The translations under genes and the position numbers were made by a program. Shown piece by piece: positions 22,898-33,852 of a stretch of 64,000 nt of DNA; the first letter of the stretch is position 1; each line of letters starts with the position of its first letter. This stretch comes from Cyanidioschyzon merolae (Eukaryota). The stretch lies in NCBI GenBank assembly GCA_000091205.1, contig AP006502.2, one strand, 5' to 3'. Below the pieces are notes generated by a model. That model saw only the letters and a program-made list of their open reading frames with translations, was not told where the DNA came from and ran no database searches.

Positions 22898-25800
22898 TCA
22901 GGCCAGGTAGTGATACAAGCTTGGGTCCTGGGGGTCGCGCTCCAGATACTCGCGTGCAATCAAGCTTTCAATCCGTTCCTTGATAGAATGGACATCCGGG
23001 GTAAAGCGGGTACTCAGCGCATTCTGGACGCCCGCCACAAGCTTCTGGTGCGCAAACTGGCGATGCATCTTCATGATGCGCACAATGGTAGCCTCGAGCA
23101 GCGGTACCTGATCATCGTGCCCGTTCTGGCGTGTTGCCTGGCACTCCTCTCGCTTGAACCCGTCCGCAAGATAGGCAAACGAAAGACGCCGTTGCTGCGG
23201 GTCGAAATACCGGTTCAACTGGAGCGTATCGGTGGGGCGTAGCTCCGCGCCCGCCGGCGACTTGATGAATAGGCAATGCTTCTTGTTGCAGAGTGAGAGT
23301 ACGCAACGCTTAAACAAGTCCAGAATTTCCGGGGCTTGGATATTCAGCGCGTCACAGATCTGCTCGAAGGTCATCTCATTGCGATCCTCAAATAGTAGCA
23401 ACATGCATAACTGGTACGTATTCAGTTCAAGTTCCACCTGGTCATACCGCGTCATATACGGGAACGCAGCTCGTGTGCACTCCACGAGCCCTTTGCTGAG
23501 TACGTGAATCCAACGTAATTGGCGATACTGCGTCTGATGTGCGTAGAAACATTCGTATTCTGTGAGGCAGGATGCCAGCGCCGGCGGCAAACGGAGATCA
23601 TCGTCGCTGGGAAAGGACGGCCAGATGCTCGTGGTCGTAAGAATCGCTTGGAAGACGGGCGTATGCGACGGGGTCGCGTGCTCCAAGGTGACCGCACCGG
23701 TTGAACGCTGCCGTTCCCTATTGTCTAGGATAGCGTTCCATTGGTTGAAGCGCTCCTGGAACCTCAGCGATGTGCGCATATCACGCAGCATTCCTTCAAC
23801 GCGTGCCGTGAACAGGGGTCCAATGACCGCCTTGAGCTCCTCGACGAAGGTGATCTCCAAGTCGCGCGCAATGCTCAGATCGAAGATCAACCGTCTGCAC
23901 AAGAGGAATTGATACAAATCGGCAAATACATCCTTATCGTAAACGTACTCCAGCAGTTGTACGATAACTCGGAGGTGTCCACTCAAGTCCGCTCCTGGTG
24001 GTTCGATCATGTAGATGCGCTGGAGAACTCGGTCCACGTAGGATGCAAGCAGCTTTGGTATCATGCTCATATCCCGTGGATTATTCAAAATAGACTCAAA
24101 CGCCATTCGAAAGTGCTGGGAGAAAACCTCGTGATTTTCAAAGCACGTTCGCAGAACAAGTTGATATGTTTCATGCAGGTTAACAAGCTCGCGGACCAGC
24201 CACATACCGGCCTGTTCCGTTGGTGAGATCTCTGCCTCAGGGCCGCAGCTAGCATAAGGTGCATCAAACTTTGGTGACAGGACACAAGAGAGCGCGCTTG
24301 ACATGGGCCCTGTTTCCTGCTTCTCGCTACCGTCTGCGTGTCGCTTTCGTGCGACCGAGCGGTCCGAGTCTTCATAGCCAACACTATCGCCGTTTGGATT
24401 CATTTCAGTGGTGATTGCGTCATAATGCGCAAACAAGGCCGCGCCTTCGGCTTCGGCGCAGCGCGCAAACTGTTGCGCGATGGGTCGCAGCGCACGCTCT
24501 TGGTGCGCCTGGGACTCAGGAACGAGGCGACCACTCGCGTTTGATCGAGCAAGCCCGCCGTTGCCGTCCATCGGTTGCCCGCAAAGCTCATGTATCCACT
24601 TGCCACTGTAGAGCCAGTACACCCTTTTGAGGTCATCAAACTGCCGTTGAGATAAGAGTGCGACAAATCCAGAGGTCTCCGCAGCAAGCAGCTTCTCCTC
24701 GTGTGCTAGCAAAATCACGTTCTCGATGGCATCCTTGACGCGATCCATTGATGACGGGTGCAGCACTGCCTGCGCGATAGCGATTTCTTGGCGCAAGGCT
24801 GCTTCTGCCTCTCGCATGTACTCGGGGAAGGAGCAATCTCGCAGCCAGCGTTCTGACGCCTCCGCGTAATGGGTCTGAAACGCTGCCAGATAAGGGGTTT
24901 CTATTTCGTCCGTATAATAGGAGACCCAGTCCGTTGCCGTGAAGACAACCACAGCCGAGTGGATGAGCGCCCGATCCACGACTTCTCCACTGCGGTCTCG
25001 GGCAATAAGTGTCAGGATCGCGGTTCGGAGTACGTCGCGCATCTTGTCCAAAACCTTGGTGCGGAACAAAATTCGACCCAAGTGTTCCAGAGGAGGTGGT
25101 CCGTTCTCCTTGTCCGTATAGCAACGGTCTAGATAACTGAATATCTTGCACACAAACTGCACAAGATGCTGGTATGCCATCCACCATGCACAGAACGCAT
25201 GCAGCAGTTCTTCAATGGATGTGATGCTCGCGCCCGCACCGTTGTTTTCCTCGGAGGTATCAGACACGTCGTCGGAAGCCATATCCATGAGCTCGATTCC
25301 TTGTAGACTCCCCTCTTCCATGGACTGGTGACTCACCGGAAACTGGTCACGGTCCGAGTCACCCACGGTGCTTTTCGAATGACTGAAGTGTGAGCTCTGA
25401 GTATCCATACTGGTGCGAGCTCTGCCAGCTCGCAATGCTGAACGCCCGCTGCGTGCCTCTTCCAGTTCACGCATTGGCGAGCAGCCGCTCGGTGCGTAAG
25501 ACAACATCGCCGACATTGCTCGGTTGGCACCTTCGCGAGTCGGTATTCGCCTTTCCATGTCTGGAAGAATCTTACTCGTACAGAACGCCCCCATCTCACG
25601 CTCGACTTGCTCGTAGAGCGCCCGTTTCACTGCACAAGGCCCTGGTTTTGTGCACAGGAGGAGCACGGTTCGGTACAGCTCCATCCAAACCGAGGCACTG
25701 AGGATGCCCCGCGGCGCCGGCACGTGAACCGTGTGTATCGTCGGCCGCGTTAACGCGGACTGTCGAGTTTCTGCAAGCGACCGTGAAGGCTCGAAGTCGT

Positions 25801-26254
25801 CGGCAAGGTCTCCACCGCCAGAGGAAACCGGCGAACCAGGCGGTGCAGACTCTTCCCCAACCAGCTCTGCTTCGCGCGTCTCGTGAAACGGCGCCGTACT
25901 CACCGCGTGCCGGGATGCCGGCGGCGTTGTAAGCGCCGCCATGACACGCTCTACAAGCGCCCGCTCCAACGGCTCAAAGCCCTTCTGTACAAGGGCACTC
26001 CAGTCTCGCCGAAACTGGAAGCGTAGGGGCTCACTGAACGCATAACTATCGAGCACCGCGAGCAGCTCGTTCGTAGCCTCCTCAGCAGGCACCGCAGCCG
26101 ACGCAACGGTTGAAACGGACCCTGTCGTTTCAAAGTCGACGTCGTCGTCATCACCTCCAACAGGTCCCCTGCTACCTCGCTGCCCTGAGGAAACGTCACG
26201 AGATCCCAAAACCTGACGCCCAGCTCGTGCCCGACGACTGTACGTAGAGTCCAT
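22898..26254 (-). CDS. Cullin-family protein, unusually long at 1118 aa, with insertions
   Basis: The C-terminus ...IVRIMKMHRQFAHQKLVAGVQNALSTRFTPDVHSIKERIESLIAREYLERDPQDPSLYHYLA is a canonical cullin neddylation/winged-helix end. Cullin-repeat-like helical regions lie upstream. ATG start and stop both verified. The ORF is continuous with no intron needed. Confidence 0.8.
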   Translation of the reverse strand: MDSTYSRRARAGRQVLGSRDVSSGQRGSRGPVGGDDDDVDFETTGSVSTVASAAVPAEEATNELLAVLDSYAFSEPLRFQFRRDWSALVQKGFEPLERALVERVMAALTTPPASRHAVSTAPFHETREAELVGEESAPPGSPVSSGGGDLADDFEPSRSLAETRQSALTRPTIHTVHVPAPRGILSASVWMELYRTVLLLCTKPGPCAVKRALYEQVEREMGAFCTSKILPDMERRIPTREGANRAMSAMLSYAPSGCSPMRELEEARSGRSALRAGRARTSMDTQSSHFSHSKSTVGDSDRDQFPVSHQSMEEGSLQGIELMDMASDDVSDTSEENNGAGASITSIEELLHAFCAWWMAYQHLVQFVCKIFSYLDRCYTDKENGPPPLEHLGRILFRTKVLDKMRDVLRTAILTLIARDRSGEVVDRALIHSAVVVFTATDWVSYYTDEIETPYLAAFQTHYAEASERWLRDCSFPEYMREAEAALRQEIAIAQAVLHPSSMDRVKDAIENVILLAHEEKLLAAETSGFVALLSQRQFDDLKRVYWLYSGKWIHELCGQPMDGNGGLARSNASGRLVPESQAHQERALRPIAQQFARCAEAEGAALFAHYDAITTEMNPNGDSVGYEDSDRSVARKRHADGSEKQETGPMSSALSCVLSPKFDAPYASCGPEAEISPTEQAGMWLVRELVNLHETYQLVLRTCFENHEVFSQHFRMAFESILNNPRDMSMIPKLLASYVDRVLQRIYMIEPPGADLSGHLRVIVQLLEYVYDKDVFADLYQFLLCRRLIFDLSIARDLEITFVEELKAVIGPLFTARVEGMLRDMRTSLRFQERFNQWNAILDNRERQRSTGAVTLEHATPSHTPVFQAILTTTSIWPSFPSDDDLRLPPALASCLTEYECFYAHQTQYRQLRWIHVLSKGLVECTRAAFPYMTRYDQVELELNTYQLCMLLLFEDRNEMTFEQICDALNIQAPEILDLFKRCVLSLCNKKHCLFIKSPAGAELRPTDTLQLNRYFDPQQRRLSFAYLADGFKREECQATRQNGHDDQVPLLEATIVRIMKMHRQFAHQKLVAGVQNALSTRFTPDVHSIKERIESLIAREYLERDPQDPSLYHYLA

Positions 26255-29200
26255 GGTATCCGTACGAACACTTCCAGCGCGTGTACGACGTTTCTAGTTT
26301 CGCGCGTGCCGCGCTAGCGACGCGACAGCGCCGGATGCGCCTACCGATCGAACTGCATGTGTGAGGCGCGCACGGATCATCACACGCCGCGAGCGCTCGC
26401 GAAGCGCAGCATGCGCGCGCGCAACGCAGTGTCCATCTTAGATCTGAAACAAAAATGGACATTGACCCAGACGGAGGCACAGGCGCGGCATCCGTGGTAG
26501 TGTGCTTTCGTGCAGCGCCTGGCGAGCGCATCTTCGATGTTGTTGTTGCTGTAGTTGTTTGGACATAACTATGGCGCACAGAACAGAGATCCTCGATTGC
26601 GCTCATCGATAGGGGAAAGTGTCCATCATGATTCACGCTAGCTGCAGGTTCCACGATCGCTGGTCGACTGCGGAGATCCTGGCTATTGTCCAGGTCCTAT
26701 CGTGCATCGAATGCCTGCCTTGAGCGTTCGTGATAGCGCGTATAGCGCCGGTGCGGAAGTACAGCACGGAGGCGTCGATGCGTGTGCGTGGCGCCGGCAG
26801 CCGCGCGCACCCACACGAGCAGCGTCCGGTTGGATGCATCGCTCTGCGGACTCTGGCATGCCATGGGCGCTTGCGCATGAATCGAGCGCTCTGCACTGGG
26901 GTTTGAGGCGTTCAAGGCAGGCGCTCGACGCTCGCTGGAACATGCGATATGAGCGGTATCTCTGAGGGGACCGATGGGTAGCGGCTCGTGGAGCCTGCAG
27001 GTATGGTGCGGAATGATGGACGCTATCCTGCATGTCGATATGGGCCATGCAATCGCGCGGATGCGTGGTGAATGTCAAGCTTCTGTCAAATACAAAAAGT
27101 TGGGCAAGATGCATGCTCCCGAGGTGTGCGCAAAAGCGGCAATAACGCGCTCCCACGACGCCGGGATCCAGGTCTTGTGTCGATGTAATTGAGTGCATCA
27201 ACGAGATGAGCGGCCCGCTTGCGCAGTTCACAGCTGTGTTCCCAATTGGAATCGATCGCGCGGGATGCATGAAGCGCCGCCTCGAGTCGTGAAGAAAGAG
27301 CATGTACCTCAGGGATTTCGTACCTGGGGCGACTCGCCTGATGCGAACGCCGGCCTCGAATCCTCGGCACATGCGGTTTTGGTACTGCATCCATGTGAAA
27401 GTAGTGGCTGCTGTTCGCTTGCGTCTGATATCGCATATTGCAGGGATACGCGCGCCGTAATGATGCATGTACAGTTCAGATGGAGGGAACTTTTAAAAGC
27501 TTGCTTTGGCACTGTCTCACTGAGTCGACACCCGCAAAGTCTTGGCGAGGCGGTTCCATGTCCCTGCGGCAGCAGCACCAGCAGCACTTGCCGAATGGAC
27601 GCTCGACAATCTTATGATCATCAGAGGGATTGATCGTGTCCTCCACAGTGAAAGTTGAATCGGGCATTTCTAAAGAAACTGTGGTCTTTATCCCTGGTAA
27701 TTGGCAATATTTACGAAGCCGACAGCATCCAATGAGATGCACAACCCCTACCCCGCACGAAAAAACACTGCTTTACGTCCAGATGTTCACAGTGGCGTCC
27801 GGGAACGTGCATGCAGGGTAAGCACTTGGAGGATCCGATGAGGAATGATGGCTCCACAGTTACAAGCTGATAACAATTGCGGAACCGGGGATCCCTCGTT
27901 CGTCCCAACGGCCTTATACGATGTAATAATGCTGGGTAGGCACGAGCGTCTCGAACTGCGCTCGACACTGGAGCTCGACCCAGCCGAGTGCGATGTCAAT
28001 GTTGCTCGTTGGAGATCATCGCCAGATCACAAGTGGACTACCCGTTTGGACATGGTGGTGAACGAACACGCACAACGCTGGCTCGTAAGCGTAAACGAAC
28101 GTGAACTGAGGCATCCGCGACGAGTGCTTCCTCCAATCCTTAGGGCCAAATTGATTCTTTGTAACAACAGGGACACTTTTTCTGAACTGGTCGCTCGCGA
28201 AATTTATCCTCAGTGGGTATACCCAGTTCCGGATACCTAAAGGAATAGAGGATACATCCGATATGCGTTGAATCGTGCGACTCCGGCCGCATCAAGATAC
28301 GGCAGGCTAACGCGCTGACGAAGACATCTCGAGCGCAACGCTACCCTGTGCAGAGAGGCAACTCTGCGAAGATGATTGCTTTCTTTGGTTCGCAAGGATT
28401 TTCAACTGATGCGGGTGTAGATCCTTGGAGTTCAAATTCACCAGTCGAGTAGCACGCGTCAAGCGCCTCAAATCCATCAAGTTCGACGTGAATCGGGCTC
28501 CAGGGCGAGCTCGACGGCTTTAGTGTACAAAGCGTCCTCTAGAAACCGGCGACGCGTGCAGTGATTCCACTCTGTAATTGAATGACATGCATGTACTGTT
28601 GTTCGAACCTAGGGTACAAGTACCGCTCAGGATGAGATTCGGCGGAATCACCACCCGCTCTGAGTGCTCGGGAGTTTTCTGTATCCCCTGCACTGAGGTA
28701 CATCGAGGATCCTGGGCCGGATCAAGCACACTCTCTCTGGACCAAGTGTCGGAACGCGTCCTTGATTCACATCGAGCATACCTTCTCGCAGTAATCGAGG
28801 AAGCGACAAGCCCCGAGGGCGTTTCGCTTGGAAGAGCATTCATTACGCCGCCTCGGCTCAGTAGCGCGACCTCTGAGCTACGCATTCTGAAAATTGCAAC
28901 GCCATGCCGCGAATCCACGTAGCGGTTCGATGCCCTGACTAACAATGTCATCGTTCGGTGTCAGCGACCTGATGGTGCCGGTGAAAACGGAACGCCGTCG
29001 TCTGCACACCATGGTTGTCGTTGTCGTTGTTGTTGGCATCCATTGAAGCAGTGCAGTTTTCTGCGGCTTTTTCCGAGTATGCATCAGATTCGCTCAAACC
29101 GGGATATAAGAGGGCACCGCCAAAGCGCTTCAGCCCGAGGCACGTACGCATGTCTCCAGAAATTGCAAAAAGCTTCTCTGGGATGGAGAGCATTACCCGG

Positions 29201-29540
29201 ATCCGAACCGTACGCGGCAGCGTCTAATCGAAGCCTAGGGGTCTGGCATCTCCCTGCGTGTCCGCGGCACCAGCTGCGGAATTCAAATAACACACTTGAC
29301 CAATGACACCGAAGGAAAGCATTCCTCTGCCCAGTTACCAATCAGAGAACTCGCTGGATGTGAAGCGTACCCGTCTCGAGCTCGGCCGAAGCCACAAGGC
29401 ACGCCTACTCCACTGCGAAGATCATCAGAACCACACCTTGCCTGGGAATCGGACAACCGCCGTGGTCGGCACATCACGAGACGTGTGCTTTTCGCAAACA
29501 ACTTGCCATAGCAACTTGTCTCGTGCAGTTAATCGCTTTC

Positions 29541-30818
29541 CTACCCCATATCAAGGGTAACAGCGGCAACACCATGCGGCGGTATGAGGCCAAACTCCGT
29601 GATGAGTGCGTCTACAGCTTCCGCTGGTGTCACATCATAGTACAGGTGCAAAAGTTTCAGATTTGGATAGCGTTCGCGCCAGTCTTCACCCAGCGGTGGT
29701 TGGATGCCACCATTCTGACCTACCTGGGAAGCATTGGGCCGCATCCAGGTGCCCCATGTCAATTCATCCGGATTTCCCAGCTCATTCAAGCAAATTGAAT
29801 CGATCAAGACTCGTTCGCTAAACTTGAGCGATTCACAAGCAACTGCTACGGGAATACGCTCCTGCTTCGCAAGGGAGGCAACACTGGCCGTCCCTGCTGC
29901 AGCCAGCACCGCACCGTTGCTGAAACAAGCTTCCGCGCCGAGCAACAAGAGGTTTGCCTCCTGAACCAGCATCGGTGCGCCCTGAAGCAAACCGTACGTA
30001 CACTGGGCAACGCCACCCTGGAGCAGACGATGCACGAGCGCGCAACCGCGATGACGCGGTCGAGCATCAAGAACAATCACCCGAAAGCGACGTTTGTGTT
30101 TCTGCACAGCTCGCAGCAAGATACTCTCGACCAAGAAGGAGGCATCATAGGTCATTACGACATCTCCGTCGCGAATACGATCCGCCCCTGCGTCGAAGAT
30201 CGTCTCCAGCGCGAGCACCACCCGTTCTTCAATGAAGGCGTCGATGTCGTTTATGATTTGCTGCTGGAGCTCAAGGAAGCTCTGCGCTAGTGCTTGTATA
30301 CCCAAACGACTCTTCACAAAGCGCACAGCGTTGCCCATGGCGATTGAAAGCGGTCGCGAGTCCACGAGAAACTGAATATGGCGATTAAGCGCACGCTCGA
30401 GCTCTCGCCTGGTCTCGGTGATACTCTCTGTTCCAGAATCCGACACTTTCACTGGCATAGAAGCTGCTGCGTCCGTCGCTGGTGGTAGTGTACTTGACGA
30501 GTTCGTCGGTTCAAAGTCCGCGATCATTTCGCGTAGTGCCAACAGCAGCGCAACGACTCTCGCAGAGCCGCCCTGTACCACACCGTGCGCGAGCTGCTGG
30601 CCGAGTCTCACCACCCTCGGATGCAAGCCGCTAGTTTCCACAAAGCTGACTTGTGTGGCGTCGGGCCGTAGCGGCTCCAACTGCGGCAAGTGTGCAAAGA
30701 GCGGCACCAGACGCTGAGCTGGTGCGCGCTTCAACACAGCTCGCTTCTCGGCCTTTGCGACTGCGTCGGGATCGTCGTACTGTAGTCGCTGCTTCGTTCG
30801 TGCTCCACGCGAAGTCAT
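29541..30818 (-). CDS. Subunit of the translation initiation factor eIF2B alpha/beta/delta family (IF-2B domain), probably beta or delta
   Basis: ...VVMTYDASFLVESILLRAVQKHKRRFRVIVLDARP...LGAEACFSNGAVLAAAGTASVASLAKQERIPVAVACESLKFSERV... matches the IF-2B fold shared with MtnA. An N-terminal extension favours an eIF2B subunit. The track start at 31016 is GTG; the first ATG is at 30818. Confidence 0.6.
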   Translation of the reverse strand: MTSRGARTKQRLQYDDPDAVAKAEKRAVLKRAPAQRLVPLFAHLPQLEPLRPDATQVSFVETSGLHPRVVRLGQQLAHGVVQGGSARVVALLLALREMIADFEPTNSSSTLPPATDAAASMPVKVSDSGTESITETRRELERALNRHIQFLVDSRPLSIAMGNAVRFVKSRLGIQALAQSFLELQQQIINDIDAFIEERVVLALETIFDAGADRIRDGDVVMTYDASFLVESILLRAVQKHKRRFRVIVLDARPRHRGCALVHRLLQGGVAQCTYGLLQGAPMLVQEANLLLLGAEACFSNGAVLAAAGTASVASLAKQERIPVAVACESLKFSERVLIDSICLNELGNPDELTWGTWMRPNASQVGQNGGIQPPLGEDWRERYPNLKLLHLYYDVTPAEAVDALITEFGLIPPHGVAAVTLDMG

Positions 30819-31911
30819 GACAAGGATCTGTTCGCTTCCAACTAGGCGTGCAAGCGCGACGGTTCGCAAGCCGCGGCTTCGCTCACAAAGCCGCCTCAAC
30901 CATCGGTGGCTGAGTCGCGTCGACAGCTTCGCGGATTGGTGGCACCCACAGTACCTTCGCTTGAAGTTCAGGTCTTTTTTCGTGACAAGGCTGCTCTTGG
31001 ACGGCTTTGCTGTCACTTCAAGGTATTACCACACGAGAAATGACTTTCTGAGGCCCGTTTTGATTCGGGACTCTAAGCGAGGCTTTCCGGGGGAACGCAC
31101 CAACGACACCCCCACGAGACGACGCCTGGGGCGGCGGACTTGGCTTCGAGTGCGGAGTGTGCTGGGGTAGCCTCGCTGGGCCTACTGGTGTGCCTGGACA
31201 AGAACTAGAGCACGAATATTGGGCGTGGGTGCTGCGGACCTGTCTGCCGGAGAGAAAATAGATGCCCTGGAAGCTGGACGGGACGAGAAAGCACCCAAGT
31301 CCAGGCACTGCAGCAGATCACGAGGTGAAGCTGCGCACCAACTTTGAGACTCTCCGCGAAACATATGGCCAAAGCAATTATACGTTCTCCCCAACAGAAG
31401 AGGTTGACGTTCAAAAGCACGAGCGCTTGCGGAAACGAGAGCGCTTGACCCTGGCTAAGCGCACGAGCTCAAGGCGTTCGTTCCGCGTGCCGCCAGTGGG
31501 TGCTCCGCCAAATGCCCCGAGGAACATACGTCCGATAATTTTGTTTATGACTGCTTTTACGCCTCGTCTACAGAATGGAGAATTGAATTCGAGAAGCGTG
31601 GGGACAATAGCATCTTCGCCCGCCGACTAATAACCGGATCAGTCTATGGTATTCGTTTGTGAATATCGCGATGCGTTGCAGCAGCGTTCCCGGGAGCCGG
31701 ATACGTTCTCGAGGATGCTCGGCACCAGAGAAAGCGCTTCGTCACAGATTGCGGCACCATGGCTCCCGAGGAGAGCCTCTTCGTCAGCTCTATTGCCCAC
31801 AGGCATCTCCTCCAATTCGCCTCCGACGCAGCATGGATGTACCGCACCAGCCGTGCTTTGCTCGGAGTTCAGTTTTCTCGCGAGGTCGCCCTGCAGTCAC
31901 CTGACTTGGTC

Positions 31912-33609
31912 TTATCGCTTCGCGATAGCTGGCCCGTTTTCACCTCGCGATGCGATCCACGCTGGAGCTCCCGACTGTCGAGGTTGCAGATGCTGTCCTG
32001 GCTCTAGCGTGGATCCCTCCGATTCAGAGGCGTGCTCCTCAGCAGCTAACGCTGTCTCACTATAGTATTGCTTACCACCCGAGAGCGTAGCGAGCATCCG
32101 CAAGAGTCCCGACGCGGCATCGATGTCGCCAGCAGTGCGCGCCTGGCGTTCTTCCATGGCGGGCCAGTGTGCGCGTGGCACGTAGACGCGACTGCGGTCT
32201 TCCAGATGACACGTCCGTAGGCCTACCTCGATCGCAATGACCCAACTGAGCGCTTTACCCCAACCACAACTGTAAAGATGAGGCTGGTCAAGGGCTTCCT
32301 CGCAGGGGTCTGCATGGATCCAGGTCTCCCTCGATTCGCTCCAAAACTCTGTCCAAATATGATCTTCAAAGTCGAAGACGAGTCGAACACGAGGCACCGA
32401 GCACGCACAGAGGGCTAACGCAAACGCCTGGGCCCATTCTCCGCATCGGCCGCGTCGGCTTTCGGTAAGTAAAAACAGCGCGTCATTGTACCGGGGAAAG
32501 CGTACGAGCGCCCCGCAACCTCGCTCGTCCGTGGGACACTCGTAGACCTCTACGCGCTCAGCTGCATGCAAAGCTTCACTGGCGGCCGGCAGGTCTACGC
32601 CTTTCAAGCGAAGTGTGCGTATTCCACAGTGCTCACAGGGCGGGCTGTCCACCCACTGGAAGTGTTCTCGCTTGAACCAGTGCAGTGCCTCTCGTACAAC
32701 AGCCGCAGTAAAGCAGATGTCCGCCAACGGAAGAGCATCCCCTGCTGCCGGCTGGTTATCGACCCCAATACCGGGTTCAGTTTGGGAGCGTGCTAATTGA
32801 GAAAAATGGCTTTCTGCCGACTGTTCAAAGCGCTGCACTGGTACAACGCCGCTAGCTCGGGCAGCTTCGACTTTCTGAGCGTCAAGGCGGCTGGCTTGCA
32901 CCCAGTGTTGCAGTATGCGGAACAGGAATGTGAGACACTTTGTCGCTGATTCTCCGCGTTTAAGCAGCAACAGGCAGGAGCGAAAAGGTCCTCGGGTGCG
33001 ACGCGCTAGTTCAGCGTGCGACTCTGCCAGCGCGCCTAGGACTGGGAGCAGCTCTTCGACGCTATGACCGCCGTCTGCACGCACTTCTGTGCCGACTTTC
33101 AAAGGCATATCCAGAGCATCGCACCAGAAAATCCAGCACAGGTGCTGCGCACTGGGCTCGATCCCTGATAAACGTTGGAGCTCGGTTCGCCAGCACGCCA
33201 GGGAAGTCGTTTCACCGATCTCTGCCCGTGAGAAAGTATAGCACATCGTCTTGCACCATACACCCAACGTTCCGTCGTCATCGTGCGCCATTTCGGACCA
33301 CCGGTTTACACCCTCGAGCAGTTGTTTCTGTTCCACGCTTGAAACGGAAAGGAAGCGTGCATGGAACTGGCGTAGAATTGAAGCCCGTCGCGCAAACGTT
33401 GCTGCGCGCACCGTTGAGACGCACACGGTCAACGGACGCGTTCGTGCTGGAGGCATTCGAACGGAACATATCCGGTGGTGCGCGTGATTGCCTTCAGAAA
33501 GGAAGCATACAAGGGTCCTGCGATCCCCGGGCGGGTGCCGAAGTGCAGTCCCAGCACCGGACGCAATATGGATCGAAAATGCAGGGACTTGCTGGCGTCT
33601 TTCCCGCAT
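31912..33609 (-). CDS. Peptide:N-glycanase (PNGase/Png1), with a transglutaminase-like core
   Basis: ...RRGRCGEWAQAFALALCACSVPRVRLVFDFEDHIWTEFWSESRETWIHADPCEEALDQPHLYSCGWGK... carries the Cys/His/Asp triad of PNGase. The zinc-binding CxxC pair is upstream (SPPCEHCG...YECPTDERGCGALVRF). The long N-terminal region is not assigned; the true start may be internal. Confidence 0.8.
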   Translation of the reverse strand: MRERRQQVPAFSIHIASGAGTALRHPPGDRRTLVCFLSEGNHAHHRICSVRMPPARTRPLTVCVSTVRAATFARRASILRQFHARFLSVSSVEQKQLLEGVNRWSEMAHDDDGTLGVWCKTMCYTFSRAEIGETTSLACWRTELQRLSGIEPSAQHLCWIFWCDALDMPLKVGTEVRADGGHSVEELLPVLGALAESHAELARRTRGPFRSCLLLLKRGESATKCLTFLFRILQHWVQASRLDAQKVEAARASGVVPVQRFEQSAESHFSQLARSQTEPGIGVDNQPAAGDALPLADICFTAAVVREALHWFKREHFQWVDSPPCEHCGIRTLRLKGVDLPAASEALHAAERVEVYECPTDERGCGALVRFPRYNDALFLLTESRRGRCGEWAQAFALALCACSVPRVRLVFDFEDHIWTEFWSESRETWIHADPCEEALDQPHLYSCGWGKALSWVIAIEVGLRTCHLEDRSRVYVPRAHWPAMEERQARTAGDIDAASGLLRMLATLSGGKQYYSETALAAEEHASESEGSTLEPGQHLQPRQSGAPAWIASRGENGPAIAKR

Positions 33610-33852
33610 TCCGCTAGAGACGCTTGCACATCTAGCAGCGCCCAGAAATATCTGCTGGCTATGAAAAAGGTTGCGGAAACGGAACTGTAAGCGCGGGGGC
33701 GTTACTGCAGGAGTTCCAAGTGGTGCAACCCAGGCGCCCAGTTTGCAGCGGAACTCTGCAACCGCATCCCGCCGTCATGGCGAACAAGCACACAGCTTGC
33801 GCCAAGCAGACGCACATGATCGATACTTTCTCTCGCACACGACGCAAAGGAT

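Noticed and set aside
21866-23242. 458-aa ORF on the plus strand
   Set aside because: It is antisense to the cullin gene and to ClpX-flank sequence. It begins with GTG, has Arg/Cys-rich junk composition and no motifs. It is a typical spurious long ORF in GC-rich DNA.
26683-27468. 261-aa minus-strand ORF with an ATG start in the cullin to eIF2B intergenic region
   Set aside because: It is extremely Arg/Cys/His-rich and overlaps several equally long ORFs in other frames. No domain is recognisable. It is most likely non-coding GC-rich DNA, although a gene in this 3-kb gap cannot be excluded.
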